From the NCBI RefSeq assembly GCF_009914755.1, contig NC_060929.1: a stretch of 64,000 bases of DNA; one strand, written 5' to 3'. The notes beneath the pieces were generated by a model. That model saw only the letters and a list, made by a program, of their open reading frames with translations, was not told where the DNA came from and did not search any database. Origin of the DNA: the human T2T-CHM13v2.0 reference genome, Homo sapiens. A program made the translations under genes and the position numbers. Below are positions 1-21,048 of the stretch, piece by piece. Every line of letters starts with the position of its first letter. The first letter of the stretch is position 1.

Positions 1-429
1 CCTCCTTTTTCAATATTTAGTCACATGTAATGCCAATATCTTTGTTAAATTCCTTTCTTTCCAGAATTGCTACTTGAAAGACTAATGGCAATACTAATAG
101 GTAGATCCTGGTCAAATTGTTAAAATAAATATGAATATTTATATTTACCTCCAGCTCCTGCTACGTACTGGCCTGTCAATGTGCTCCAATCTTCACAGCT
201 TTGTCAGGCACTGCAGGTTGTCTACACAACTGCTATCTCATTCTCTCTCAAATGAACCTCACTTTTGTTTTGGAGCCAGTGCATCCAGCCACACAGGATA
301 ACTGATTTAACTAATCTAGTCATGATACTCTTACTCCTTCTTGCAGTGTTTGAGCTAGGAGTTGGTCTACTTCTCACAGTAGAAAAAATCACTTTCTAGA
401 AAGTTAATAAAATGTGAACACTCCATATT

Positions 430-1090
430 AATTTTTAACTGCGTTATCTGTTGTTGTGTCTGAGAGTATAACAGCTAACAACACAGATAAATCCCTTAGC
501 TCATAGTTTTTCATTTTTGGGGGAAAGAGACACGATACACACAATAGATGAAATAAATGAGTTAAATGTATTATATATGAATAAAATAAAGCAGATAAAG
601 GAAAAAGGGAATGTTAAGCATGTGATATAAAATTGAGGCTGGGGCAACCCTCACAGAACAGTTTAACATTTGAACATAAAAGTAGAAGAAGTATGAGGGC
701 AAAATATGTAGAGAAGTGGATGAAGAACATTCTAGCCAGCTGGTGCAGGCAAGTACAAAGGTCCTGAGGCAGAAGAGTACTTGGCATGCTCATCGCAACA
801 CAGGTGTAGTGGGAATGAAGAAGAATGAAAGGGAAGGTAGGAGGCGATGACGTCAGAGACATTGCTTAGAGCAGGAGCAACATCTTTATTCAGGAGTTGG
901 GCTTTATTCTGCATAATAAAGAAAAACACCAGGGGACTTTGAGCAAAGCATGATATGATATGTGATGCCTTAAAAGGATAATTTTCACTGAATTGAGAAT
1001 AGAATGAGATGGATGAAGGCAGAAGCAGAAATTCCAGAGAAGAGGCCATTGCAGTAAATAAGATGAGAGATGGCAGTGGTTGGTCTCACT
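430..1090 (-). mobile_element. L2 LINE 3' region, degenerate
   Basis: Resembles the reverse complement of the L2 3' region (…aagtacaaaggtcctgaggcagaagagtacttggcatg…, …ggacttttgagcaaagcatgatatgata… type blocks); boundaries approximate. Confidence 0.65.
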
Positions 1091-2274
1091 GATATGTGCA
1101 TGTAATCCCTCAAGAGAAATGAATAATCTTATATGTAAATTTTAAACTAAAAATTGTTGATATAATTTGAAGAGGTAAAGAGAGCAGCAAAGACATTTTA
1201 GGCAAGAACAAAGTGAAGAGTCACCGTGGCATGGATAATCATGAGGTTTTAGAATGAGAAACAAGAGAATGCTCAATAGGCTCTGTTTTTGAGGAACTAC
1301 AATGACACGCTAGAGAAACAGTAGCCATCTTCATGTCAATGTGCTGCTTAGCTAGGTCTGCTGAGACTGATCCACCATCCATTGCAATTTGGTCTCATAA
1401 TTTAATGAATTAAGTTTTTTTTTAATTTTATAATATTTTCACTTCTTTCTTTGCCTGTCCTCACAATTGACCCCTTAAAACTGAATAACTAATTGAAAAA
1501 TATGTGGAGGAGATTTAAATCCATTTGGCCTGGGAATTATTCAGCCAGTAGTTAAAATTTCATGCATTCCTGTGAACCTGAAAATGAAGAATCTTTAACC
1601 TCAAGCTGTTATAGTCTGAAGGACTCCTGGGCTTCTGATTGAGATATACACCAAAGCTGAAAATTGTTGATGGGCTTTATTACACGGAACTCTCAAAAAT
1701 GAAACTCATGGGTGTCCATGAGGAAGTCTTCTAGTGCTTGGATACAAACACACCTGAAAAACATAATACAAATGAAAGGAGATGTACATGGCAGGTGGAA
1801 AAAAATGTCTTTTTAGGTACCCTCAGCAAAAAATGGCAACAGCCAGTGGGGTCTGGTTACACCTATAGCAAGAGGTAGGGTCTTGGCCACCAATACCAAG
1901 ATTAATGGCAGGCAAGGCAGGACTTTAGTATTAAAAGCATTTGAGCCTCTGGCTTCAAATTAATATGTAAATTATATAATTTTAATTTGAAAGTCAAATT
2001 CCTAATCTCAAGAACAAAGAAAAGACTAGAGAGAAAGGAAAGCATTCTGATAGGTTAAGACCCAGTTCCAACTGATTCCATGTAAGCATAACTTTAAAGC
2101 AATAGTTAATTATGTCAGCTCTGAAAATAAATGTGGTTTTTAGATAGGTGTCAGAAGAAAGCTCAAGAATTTAACACTGTAATTGTTTTTAGAGAATTAA
2201 TTATAATTGTGGTTATGCATTTGTTGTTTATTATACAGTTTGATGAGTAACAGCACAATTTTTTGAAATACAAC

Positions 2275-2535
2275 AACAATAATAATATAAAAATAGTTAC
2301 TACTTTTGAGGACACGTTATGCAGCAGGTACTGCAGTACAACTCATTGTGTTTTATCTTGTAGATCAATGCAGTAAAACTGAATGATAGGTACCATTAGT
2401 AAACTTTCAAGGACAGGAAACTGAGTTTCAAAGAGGGTAAGCAATTTGTCCAAGGTCATGGAGTCAGCAATTGGTTTAAATCTAAAGCTTGATCCCATTG
2501 ACTAAAAATCTCCCTGTCTCTTAACTAATATGCAA
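2275..2535 (-). mobile_element. MIR SINE
   Basis: MIR core on the minus strand: caggaaactgagtttcaaagagggtaagcaatttgtccaaggtcatggag. Confidence 0.75.
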
Positions 2536-2650
2536 TGGAAATGTCTTTGTTCTGTCCATGTTCATTGTTTGTGTTCCAAGCCAAACAAATTGTGACAGGG
2601 AACCACATATGAATATTAAAGATGAATGGATGCTTCTGAACCAAATGGAA

Positions 2651-3127
2651 CAGTGGTTCCTGCAGAGAAAGAGAAAGTTATTTAGGTGTCTATGAGTGTA
2701 GTGGGGGAAGAAGTAGAAGGATATTGTAATTGGCATACATTTAAGAAGATTTCAAAATTGTAACCTCTTTAGTAAGGTATCCAGATGATTCGTGTTAGAG
2801 ATCCTGATCAGTTGTATTTGGTCACAGATTAGGAAGTTAATGCCTAGAAGAGTGTTTCTTGGATACTTCATTACCCTCAATATGATTCCTGGAATCAACC
2901 CTGAGCCTTATATTGTGATGTCCAGAAATCTTCATTGGAACAAACATTCTCTTATTCTTAATTACAGTATTAGGAGAACTTCCCATTTTAAATTATCAAA
3001 GTATTTGCAAAAGTTATGCACCTAATTACTGCCTGAGACAGAATTTTGGTTTCCTCATGTCATCAGAATCACTTACAAGGCATAATATTTGTGATGCAAT
3101 CTTTGAAGAAGCTTGGAGGAACCACTG
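2651..3127. mobile_element. possible hAT-Charlie (MER5-like) non-autonomous DNA transposon relic
   Basis: Inverted termini cagtggttcc (2651) and ggaaccactg (ends 3127) resemble Charlie/MER5 TIRs; no clear 8-bp TSD. Confidence 0.3.
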
Positions 3128-3206
3128 TTTAAGTTGTATAGCCAATACTCATGTGTATATAATGGTAAGTCTATAATAGGGGTCAGGTTAACAAAGCTGC
3201 ACTATA

Positions 3207-3674
3207 CAGTAGTCCCCCTGATATGCAGTTTCACTTTCCAGATGTAGTTGCTCACAGTCAAGTGCAGTCAGAAAGTATTACATGGAAAATTTTAGAAATC
3301 AATAATTTATGTGTTAAATTATTAGCTTTGAAGAGAAGCCCACTGCTATGTTACAATACCTAAGTCATTTGCCTCTCTTAGTCCCATTAATGTAGGCATG
3401 TAATAATCTTGCATTTTCACAAAAAGAGTGAGTATAGCACAATATGATATTTTGAGAGAGTGAGAGTGCCCATATTAATAAAACATTTATTACAGTATAT
3501 TGTTATAATTGTTCTATTTTATTCTTATCTAATTTATAAATTAAACATTATTATAGTTATGTATGTATAGGAAAAAAAACCACCAAGTATACTGGATAGG
3601 GTTCAGTACTATATTCAACTTCAGGCCTCCACTGGAGATCTTGGGACATACCACCTGAGGATGAGGAATTACTG
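3207..3674. mobile_element. MER44 (Tigger7-derived, TcMar-Tigger) DNA transposon
   Basis: Starts cagtagtccccc, ends gaggatgaggaattactg; TA target duplications at 3205-3206 and 3675-3676; internal blocks match recalled MER44 consensus. Confidence 0.8.
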
Positions 3675-5004
3675 TATTGGGTGACAGAAGTTAACCTAAA
3701 TGGAAAATTCCTGGGGACTTCAGTTTTTTATAGTTTGAAATTGGGAGGCACTAAAATTGCAGAGAAGCTGAACTGACTTGCTTTTTCCTGTCTTGTACTG
3801 AGTTTGTCATGGCCTCACATTACCTTTCATGTAGTTGGAGAGAGAAAGCTTCTTGAAAAAAAGTAGAATCATAGTTTTGAATATCATCGAAGAGTAAGGG
3901 AAGTTACTTCCAAGATAAAAATGCTAAATCTCAATCTTAGGAAAGTAACCAGAAAGAATGTTGCACTAATATAAATACATGATTCATACACTGGCAAAAG
4001 AGTAATGGGATTAAACTTCCAAAAAAAAAAAAAATAAGGACCTAATGCTGATAATTGCTAGGTTTGATAATATGATGACGTTTACTGTGGTTTCTGTAGT
4101 TCAGTATTTCGTAAGTTAACCTTACCATTAAAACCATACCTAAGTTATACAGTTGAGAATTCTCAAAAACCTGTTATTTTCAAGTGAAATTATTTCTAAT
4201 ACAAAAGCATCATTTGTTTTTCAATCTGCTTAAACTGATAACATCATACATTTCAAATTCTTTGATTTCAGATATATAAAATATTTTTTCTCACTCTCAT
4301 CTAGACTGCTAAATATTAAATATACTATGCATGGAATTTTTTAGTTTTTCAATAGGTTGCATTATAGAATGGTCTTGAAAATTTCAGTCTTCCTACAGAC
4401 AAACTGGAAAAACAACCTATAATTTTTAATGCAGAAGAATGTTTTTATAAACATTCTGTTCTGTTTTCTTTTTATATTTTGTAGTGTAGATGCCCAGCAT
4501 CTTGACCAGAAACATCTTCCTGGTGACATAATGTCGTGTTTCTCTCTTCCCCATCTCCTTCTGTCAAAGGCTCCTAGAGTGCAGTCCTTTCTTTAAGCAG
4601 ATGAAATGTGTGATCTCCTTTGAGGTTAATTTTAATGCCATTTCATCTCTTTGTGGAAATGAGATTAGAATTCTAAATGTTCAAAATCCAACAGCCTTTA
4701 ATGAAAAATGGTAGGAATTATCACATACCTAGAGCTTAGAAAGGATGGAAACGTATTTGCACATTATTAAAGATCTGAATAATTTAGACTATTTTTAGAT
4801 TTAAATTACTTAGAGGATTTTAGAAAAGCTCAATATAAACAGCTCAAGAAAGGCACTTACTAGTCCTGATTTCAGCAATTTTACATCATTTAAGCACTGT
4901 CATGGAATGGTTCAGTTGTCACAAAGACAGCATATTTTAGACCTCAGGTCAATATTAGGAAAATATTGACATTTAAAAAAAGATTAATATAAAAATTTGT
5001 TACA

Positions 5005-9413
<4,409 letters not shown>

Positions 9414-9479
9414 AAATTCATATACTCTTTTTAAAAACTGGTTTTCTTAGATTAATATTTTCTGTTATATTTTCTACAG

Positions 9480-9650
9480 TAGTCTATGAGTTCTAAGTAT
9501 TTTGTTCAGTTTTCTCATAGGTAAAAATGTAAAAATAACATGTCTGTCTGTACTGTTGTGAGAACAACCTGGTGGATAAACACTGTAAGTACTTGGTATT
9601 GTTATCTATGACACAGAGATGGTGAGAAAAAAAAAAGTTCGGTGTTAATA
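9480..9650 (+). mobile_element. MIR fragment
   Basis: MIR core-like tcagttttctcataggtaaaaatg…tactgttgtgagaa. Confidence 0.5.
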
Positions 9651-10214
9651 AAGTAGCATTTTTAAAATTAAAGATAGAGATTAACAGAAGAAAAATATAT
9701 GTATAATCAAATAATACAGACTATATGCTTTCCCAATCCTCAGGGAAACTAGAATACATTTTAAAAAAAGAAGTCATTTTCATTTAAAAATTAAAATGAG
9801 AAAAGTGGATGATAAAGCAAGGCAAAAAGGGTCATTCTTTATTTGTGACTGTTGATTATAAAAATAACCAAGAATCTGAAAAATAAAACTGTAGTTACTT
9901 CTTGTCTATGGAAGGGAATATAATGTTAATATAATAAGGAATTTTAAGCAGTTGCTTTCTCTAATCAAATCCAAGATCCCCATAATCATGTCCTTTGCTG
10001 TTATAAGTCTCCTAATTTTTTAGTCATCAAGAAGGGCCTGAAGATTACCTAATTTGTTGTGGAAACTCACTTAAAGATAATGGCAAGCTGTTGGTTTAAT
10101 TAAAACATTTTTTCAGAAAATCTTTTGAACCTAGAGGAAGAATTACTACATAACTTTAACTCTGAAAATAACATTTTAACAAGGCAACTTAAATGCCTGA
10201 TCTGAGATACACTT

Positions 10215-11600
<1,386 letters not shown>

Positions 11601-11748
11601 AAGCCTGATGTACCAGTCTCTAAGAAATAAATCATACTTATGTTGGTATCTTAAGGACTAGTTACTTGAAACCATATCAGGGAACATCAACATACTATAA
11701 AACTGGGCCAAAGAGATTCAAGAGCCAGCTCCAGTGTCTGGTCTAAAG

Positions 11749-12260
11749 TAGGAGTCCCCAACCCCCAGGCCACAGGAACCAGGTGGCACAGCAGAAGGCT
11801 GAGTGACAGGCAAGTGAGCAAAACCTCATCTGTATTTACAGCTGCTCCTCATCCCTGGCATTACCAACTGAGCTTCACCTCCTGTCAGATCAGAGGCTGC
11901 ATTAGATTCTCAGAGGAGCATGAAGCCTATCGTGAATTGTGCATGTGCAGGATCTAGGGTGTGTTTTCCTTATGAGAATCTAATCCCTGATGATCTGTCA
12001 CTGACTCCTATTACCTCTGTCTAGATGGGACCGTCTAGTTGTAAAAACACAAGGTCAGGGCTCCCACTGATTCTACATTATTATGAGTTGTATAATTATT
12101 TGATTACATATTATAATGTAATAATAATAGAAATAAAATGCACAATCAATGTAATACACTTGAATCATCCCAAAACCATCCTCTCCCCACACCTTGGTCC
12201 ATGGAAAAATATTCTTCCACAAAACGGGTCTCTGGTAACAAAAACAGTGGGAGACCTTTG
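11749..12260. mobile_element. MER1A hAT-Charlie DNA transposon
   Basis: Starts (c/t)aggagtccccaacccccaggcc; contains tgtcagatcag…gcattagattctca and ttatgagaatctaat; about 510 bp. Confidence 0.88.
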
Positions 12261-14974
12261 GCGAAAAGGGTTAATGTTTCCTTTTAGAAATCACAGAGCT
12301 ACTCTAGATATTTTCCACCCATAGGTAGCAGCCTAAGGGAAGTATGTCTGAGCAGTACAGCCACTCTACAGCTTTTTTTCCTACCCAAAGTGAGGTCAGA
12401 AGACCTAACAAAAACCATCCACATGAATCGTTAGTATATCTTTCCAGAAGTAGCTTCCTACATTCTATTTCATTTCTATTTGTTCTATCTCATTGCTTGA
12501 TTTTTTTTTTTACTGGTTTGTTTGCTTGCTATTTTACAATTTGACCCTGCCTACTATCTCTTAGCTGATTCCTACCCAACTCCAGAATCTGCAGCCAACA
12601 GAAGATTTATCACTGAGACCAACCCAACCTAACTCAGAAAATGACCCCCAGACTTTAAACAGTTCCAGAAATATTGAATGGCACTTGGTTGGACTTAATG
12701 CTTCTAACTTTTAGCTCTTTCTGTTTTTTAAAATAACATTTTAATTTACATCTGAACTTAGAGATTCTCCATAACCTATATATCTATTGTTTCCTTTGGC
12801 TTGTTTTTTTTGTTGTTGTTGTTATTTGTTTTCTTAACAAAAACATCTTAGAACTCTCATAGGAATTCTTTGGAATAAAGGTGAGTGCAAAATAATGTAG
12901 GCATAACGAAATAAATAAATGGTATGAAGTGGTATTTTCATATTATTTATCAATTTAAAACTGCCTTTACACGTGATATTTATTTTAAATATCTTACATA
13001 GTTTAAAATACAAATCTGTATTATACTGAAATCTGAACTACACAGATTTTAGTTGAAGCATATGAGTTTTCACTGATAAATTCAGAGATTTAATATTTAG
13101 CTCATATTTTGAATATATCTGCAGAAAATAAACTAAACTTAAAAATACCTTTCCTCACTAAAGGGAAGTAATTACATTTAAAGCTTTTTGAAAGCCATAT
13201 TTATTTTCAGAAATGATTTTAAATATCTTAAGAAAAATGAAGGATTCTACGTGTAAGATTGAAATGTTTCATACTAACAAAGAATCTGTGTTTTAAAAAT
13301 AAAAATAAAACAAAAAGTTCATATATATTTCTGTTAGACCATGGCTTCATATTAGTTAATGTGGATGAGAAAATTATCATATTGAAAATCTTATGAATAC
13401 CCATTAATAAGTATCACCTTTTTCTATTCCAGATTTAGTGTATAATTCTTAAAACCCTGAAATGTTACAGATTTAATTTGACCGACAGAAGCAAAAGTAA
13501 GTGTGACACTTTCCAGCAAGGGTACGTCCATATTCGAAGAACAAAAGACATGGCTCTAAAAATATACAGTTCCAAGTGTTTTTAGCGACTTCCAATATTA
13601 TAAATTAGTTTTTTAAAGTTAGAATATTTCGTTACATTTAACTGTTGCAATTATTATTATTAATTTCAAACAAACAACTTCTAATTTTAAACTCATAATT
13701 TTAGCAAATATTCTTAAATTATCATCTTTAGAACAGGGCAGCCCTATTTCCCAATGTGATAATACTTAACCTGTGAAACAAGAACCACCTGAATAGAAGA
13801 ACTTATATTTCAGTCAGGTATTACAAGTGCCAACAGCATCACTGCAGCTGATGATTTCTCTAGTCTCCTATAGTTCCAACCAAATCTCTTGCCTTTCTTT
13901 CCTGCCTTTCTAACTCCAAACACATAATTTTATCTTAATTTATGATTCTTTTCTCTCTACTTGCAATTTTGACTTCCTGTGATTAGAGCCAATAATGCAT
14001 CTCTCAATATCTCAAAAGGACATCTATATACTCCCTTATCAATATAACATAAGCATAAATAAACATTGTAATTAGCAAGCATTAATTTGTTGGAGGAACC
14101 CTACAAGCTCTATAATTTGTTGATAATATATACATGTGTTTAATGGGTTTATAATTTTATATTTATAAATGTGAAACCCTGTATGCTTTTAATATAATTA
14201 TTAATGATCTGAATACATTGTCTATTCAGTAGTGAAAAACCTCTTTTTAAATATCTATCTTCATTCTAGGCTTTAATAGTTACATAGGACACTACTTTTG
14301 CTGACATTTAAATTAAAAAACCCACACATTTGGGAGAATTAGGCTTACAAATGCCAACTCGTATAATTATCAGAAAAGCCAATTTAGTAACCAGATTCAT
14401 TTTAATACCTTTTTTTACATATTTTCATACAAGGAAAATGTCAATTCAAACTACTTGAAAACTGAAAAATGTTATGGCATTTTAACACCTGTATGTAAAA
14501 AAAAAAAAAAGAAAAAAAACCATAAATTGGCAAAGTAGGATAAGCCCAAATCATGCTCTTTTGTTATTCATTTGAAAAGAGTATCCGACTGCTTATATAA
14601 CTGTAAGGATACCTTATAAATTTAATAAGCCATTGAGTTAACATGGGAAAAATAATCTTCTGTCAAGAAACTAAGAATATAAAATAGATTCTGGAAAGGT
14701 AAAAACACATCAGTTTGTGCTATTTACAAAACAAGATATAATATTTAAAAAAGTGACTAATTTAAGATAACCTATAGTAAAATATTATAGTCATGAGAAC
14801 ACTTTTTATTTCCTTATACTTGAAACGATATGCATACTATATATAGATTTAAGGAAGTATATATAGTAATTACAGAAAAACAACAAATTAATAACAGTCA
14901 AACATGTAACCATCACCCAGAAACAATTATTGTTAATATATTGTCATTGTCATCTTTGTTCCAAATGTTCCTAT

Positions 14975-15130
14975 CTTATTTCTTATTCAACAAATATTCT
15001 TTGTGGCCCTCTTGATGTCCTGCATCACGCTAATGCAGACAAGCAAAGATTCCCTGCATTTAAGTTCTTGGTAGTCTTCTGGGGAATTCTGATATTAACA
15101 AATATGGAGTGACTATTAAGAAGTTAAAAG
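14975..15130 (-). mobile_element. L2 3' end fragment
   Basis: attcaacaaatatt…gcagacaagcaaagattccctgc pattern of the L2 tail. Confidence 0.5.
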
Positions 15131-15704
15131 AGAAAAACAGGTAGATGGTGGTCTGGGAGCAAATCATAAAAAAATATGCAGGGGCATTGGCAGGCAAGGT
15201 TGTCCTCCAGCCATGACAGCTGAGGTAAGGCAGAGTCACTAAGTGGTAAACTATTAAGAGTGATGCCGTGAAATATGGAGAGTGTTCTTGACAGAGGGGC
15301 AAGTGTGGTATGAGTGGTGATGGGGTCACCTCCCAGCAACAGAGCTATCCAAAAAGTCTTTTGGGAGTCTATTTGACATGAAGATATACTAAAGAAAATG
15401 TATCAAAAAGGAGTTTTGGATTCAATGTTGGGCTTTTCAGACAGTACGATCAACCATTCTAATGAGCAATTGTTGCCCCACACACCTGCAAGACATAACC
15501 TAGCTGGGCAGAAATACACCAAAGGTAGGAGGTAGCTTGCAGAAACATCTGTCTGGGAACACTGGCTGGTGGTCAGTGGAGAATGTTGCTTGTTGTGCAC
15601 CTCTGTCATGGGGTCATGTTTTTTTCGTTTTCTAGCCTAGCATATGAGCATCTCAAGACAAAAGATGGGACAGATAGTAAAGAGCATCTGGCCAAAAAGC
15701 CAGA

Positions 15705-16071
15705 TGTTATAGTCTGAGTATTTGTGTCCCTCAAAAATTCATACATTAAAACTTAACTCCCAAAGTGATGGTATTAAGAACTGGGGCCGTTTGTGAGGTG
15801 ATTAGGTCATGAGGCCTCCACCTTCATGAACTAGCTTAGCCCTTGTAAGAGGGCTTGAGGGAGGCTATTTGCTCTTTCTGTCTGTTCTGCCATGTGAGAA
15901 CACAGCAACAAGTCACAATCTATGAAGCAGGGGGCTCTCACTAGATGCTGAATCTGCTGGTGTCTTGGTCTTGGACTCTTCAGCCTCCAGAACTGTGAGC
16001 AACACATTTCCATTGTTATGAATTACCCAGTCTAAGGTATTTTGTTACAGTAACTCCAGCTCACTAGGACA
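15705..16071 (+). mobile_element. MaLR solo LTR (MLT1A/MSTD-like)
   Basis: TG…CA ends; tgtgtccctcaaaaattcata, gaggtgattaggtcatgagg, cagcctccagaactgtgag, aattacccagtctaaggtattttgtta. Confidence 0.88.
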
Positions 16072-16619
16072 CAAGGCTAATCAGGATGATGCCTTGAGTC
16101 CAGAGCACAGAGTACTGAAAGGAAGCCATCTCTCTGTAGCATGACAATGGATGATAATAGCATGCACTTTTAGGAAGCAATTAATGGAGAAGTAAGAAAG
16201 TGGCCATGTCAGAAAGAAGGAAGTGAGAGAAGCAATAGGAGCAAGAGTAGGCTCGAGGAGGAAAACAAGAGAGTCCTCAAGACATACAACGTGGAGGAGG
16301 GAGAAGCAAGAGAAGCAGGGGTTGCACTTTGGGACCTTAGTGGGGTCTCCTGGGGCCCCATTATCAAAACCCACAGCAATTATTTGTTCACTTGATTCTC
16401 CCCAAGATGCAGAAAATGTAATTTGAAAAGCTGAAAAAGTTTGGAATTAGATTAGGTTTAGCCGAACAGCCTCACTGTCCTTTGAAACATGCTCAGTTCC
16501 TTCTGATTTATGAAATGGATAACAAGCTTCATGATCACCAAGAACATAGTAAATGTAAATAATGTCTAGAGGATCAAAAGCAAGATTTGTTGTTGCACAT
16601 AACCCTCTTCTGATTGCCC

Positions 16620-17520
<901 letters not shown>

Positions 17521-17603
17521 AGGGAATAGAATGCCTGAGAGGCCAACTCACATATTAAAAAGTTATGTGTAACACACAGGTTTCATTTAAAGCCATCAGA
17601 AGG

Positions 17604-18174
17604 GTATGGCAGGCTGAATTATGGCTACTCAAAGATTTTCATTCTCTCATCCCCAGGACCTGTGAATATGTTATCTTACATGGCCAAAACGACGTTGCAG
17701 GTGTGCTGAAAGTCACAAGTCTTGAGATGGGAAAATTGTCCTGCATCATCCTGATGGATTACATCTAATCCCATCGGTCCTTAAAAGAGAAGAATCTTTC
17801 CCAGGGAGAAAGATATAATATGAGAAGGACTTGACCCTGTGTGTCTGGCTTTGAAGGTGGAGAAATGTAGTCATAAGCCAATCAACGCAGCTGTCTCTAG
17901 AAGCGGAAACTACCTTCAGTACAGAACCAGCAGGAAAACAGAAACCTTGGTCCTATAGCTGCAAAGAACAGAGCTCTACTAACCACAGCAGAGAGCAAAG
18001 AACAATTGCCTTAGAGCTTCCAGAAACAATGCAGCAGATCACCAATTTCCTTTTAGTCTGGCCAGTTGTGTATAAACCTTCTGACCTATAGTATAGACCT
18101 GTGAGATAATAAATATGTGCTGTTTTATACCACTAAGATTTTTGGCAATTTATTATCAGAGCAGTATTAACACA
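17604..18174 (+). mobile_element. MaLR solo LTR (MLT1E-like)
   Basis: ggcaggctgaattatggct…ccccaggacctgtgaatatgttatcttacatggc…ctgtgagataataaatatgtgctgttt…; about 570 bp. Confidence 0.85.
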
Positions 18175-18179
18175 GGGAA

Positions 18180-18960
<781 letters not shown>

Positions 18961-19149
18961 AAAAAGGGGCATCTATGATAATAACTATTTCAGTGCTTAG
19001 GAAACCAATTATTTTTATTTTGGTGCTTGTTTCTTCTAGCCAGAGTTTCCTCCATTCAGACAGTGGATCCAGGAACACAAAGAAAAACAAAATCTGCCTA
19101 GAAAACATAATTGTTTATTACACTGTTTAAAGCTCATTGTTGATTGTCA

Positions 19150-20060
19150 GTAATCCTTAGAAAACACATAATTTTTACTGTGTCCTTCAAGGTCCTACAA
19201 TGTCTGGCTTCTGCATACCTCCCCAGCTCTTTCTTATAGCTTTCCTTTCTCTTTTTTTCATAGTCCATCATTCTTAGTGACTTTCAGTTTCTTGAGAGTA
19301 TCAATCTTTTTTTTAACTTTGTTGCATGAAACTTCTAGTTTTTTCTTCCTGAAATGTTCTTCCCCTAATGATCCCTCTGCTTAATAGCTGATCATTCTTC
19401 AAGCCTAAAATGTTACTACTTCTTAGTCTGCTTTCTGTTGCTTGCCCTGCAACTGGACAAGTTGTAAAGAAAAGGGATTTGTTTATTATGACTATGAAGG
19501 CGGAGAAGTCCAAGGTTGAGGGGCCCACATCTGATAAGAATCTTCTTGCTGGTGGTGGTGGGCGGCCTCATATCTCAAGGGGGCTGCGTGTACTAATGTG
19601 CTGGCTCAGGTCTCTTTTCCTCTTCTTTTAAAACTACCAGTTCCCCCCCCCCCCCATGATGACCCATTAATCCATAATCTATGAATGGATTAATCTATTC
19701 ATGAAGGCAAAGTCTTCATGATCCTATCACCTCTTAATATACCTATTTTTCCATACTGCCACATTGAGTATAAAGTTTCAACAACAGTTTTGGAGGGGAC
19801 ATTCACATCATAGCACCTTCATAGCAGCTTTTCTTGATATGCAATTGAAATTATGTCTCTAAATGCAAGTATGTAATTAAAAATCATAATTATTGTCAAG
19901 ACAATATTTTTATTTAATGGCTAATCAATGTTTTCTAAACAGTCAAATGGAATCCCTATTAGGCTCTGATAGTATTTCCATGTTGTTCACAATTAAATCA
20001 CAAGATCTAACCAAATGTCTAATATATAGTAAAGTTTAATATCTATTGATTGACTAGCTT
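19150..20060 (+). mobile_element. L2 fragments flanking an inserted MaLR LTR
   Basis: ttcaaggtcctacaatgtctggcttctgcatacctccccagc; L2-like tail near 19980-20055. Confidence 0.55.
19419..19815 (-). mobile_element. MaLR solo LTR (MSTC/MLT1A1-like)
   Basis: tcttagtctg…gagaagtccaaggttgagggg…atgaatggattaatctattcatgaaggc…tcacctcttaa…catagca. Confidence 0.85.
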
Positions 20061-20179
20061 CATAAAAATTATCTGTATTTAAAGCTACACAATGGAAAAA
20101 TATGATTTTAATGGATTTTTACTATGCTCTATTGAAATTCTATGTTATGAATTTTTACTATGCTCTACTGAAAAAAGAT

Positions 20180-20420
20180 ATCCTCTGAATTCAGACACAG
20201 TCAGGCTTGCTTTTCAATTCTGCTCATATGTCAGTGATTAAGTTATTCATCTTTACACTGTATTCCTTTCATACGTGTAAAGTAGATGTAGCTTACATAT
20301 ATATAATTATACCTATATATCTATGTCATATTATATGGGATTATTCAGCATAAACATAAAACACATCCTTTAGCAATATCTTAGCACACAGTACTTGCTC
20401 CAAAATATTACTTCCTATTC
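20180..20420 (+). mobile_element. MIR, degenerate
   Basis: ctctgaattcagaca…ttagcacacagtacttgctccaaaatatta layout. Confidence 0.5.
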
Positions 20421-20539
20421 TAAACAGTGCATTGTATTATCTGATATTTTTGTCTGATATTTCCTCACTATATCTAAAATGTTTATGATGATTATGAAAA
20501 ATAAATCTAAATATGAAATAGTATAATTTTAAAATTTCA

Positions 20540-21048
20540 TCCAAGTCAATCTGTTTACATTGCTAAATGTGAAACCACCTTGGAATTTAGTGGCTAAAAA
20601 CAATAATCCTATTATTTGCTCAGGAGTTTCAGCAATTTGATTGGGCTCAGCTGAACACTTCTTCTGGTTTTTCTCTCCTGGGGTAACCCATGCAGGTGCA
20701 GTCATCTGTGACTCAACTGTGACTGGGTGGTCAAATATAGCTGCACTAACTCTTCTGGTCATTGCCAATTGCTCCACAGGTATTTTCAGCCTTCTGTACA
20801 GGAGAATAATGGTCTTTAAATGTTGATTTCAGAGAAACATTTAATAAGGGTGAGAAAAGAAGTCACAAAGCCTAGAAATTTACAGAATCAGTTTTGCAGC
20901 ATTCCATTGGACAAAACAAGTCATAGAACCAGCCCAGTCTCAAGGATTGAGCAAATAAGCCCCAATTTCTTGATAAGAGAATCTGTGAAGTCATACTACA
21001 AAATGAAGCAAGAATTATTCTGGTCTTTTGTGCAACTACTCTACCATA
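20540..21048 (-). mobile_element. MaLR solo LTR (MLT1G/H-like)
   Basis: ttagtggctaaaaacaa…ttgggctcagctg…cattccattggacaaaacaagtcatagaaccagcccag…ctaccata. Confidence 0.75.

Noticed and set aside
4455-4620. Plus-strand splice acceptor candidates (also ~35904 and ~63356)
   Set aside because: Polypyrimidine-AG motifs are common in AT-rich DNA; no consistent exon chain or reading frame.
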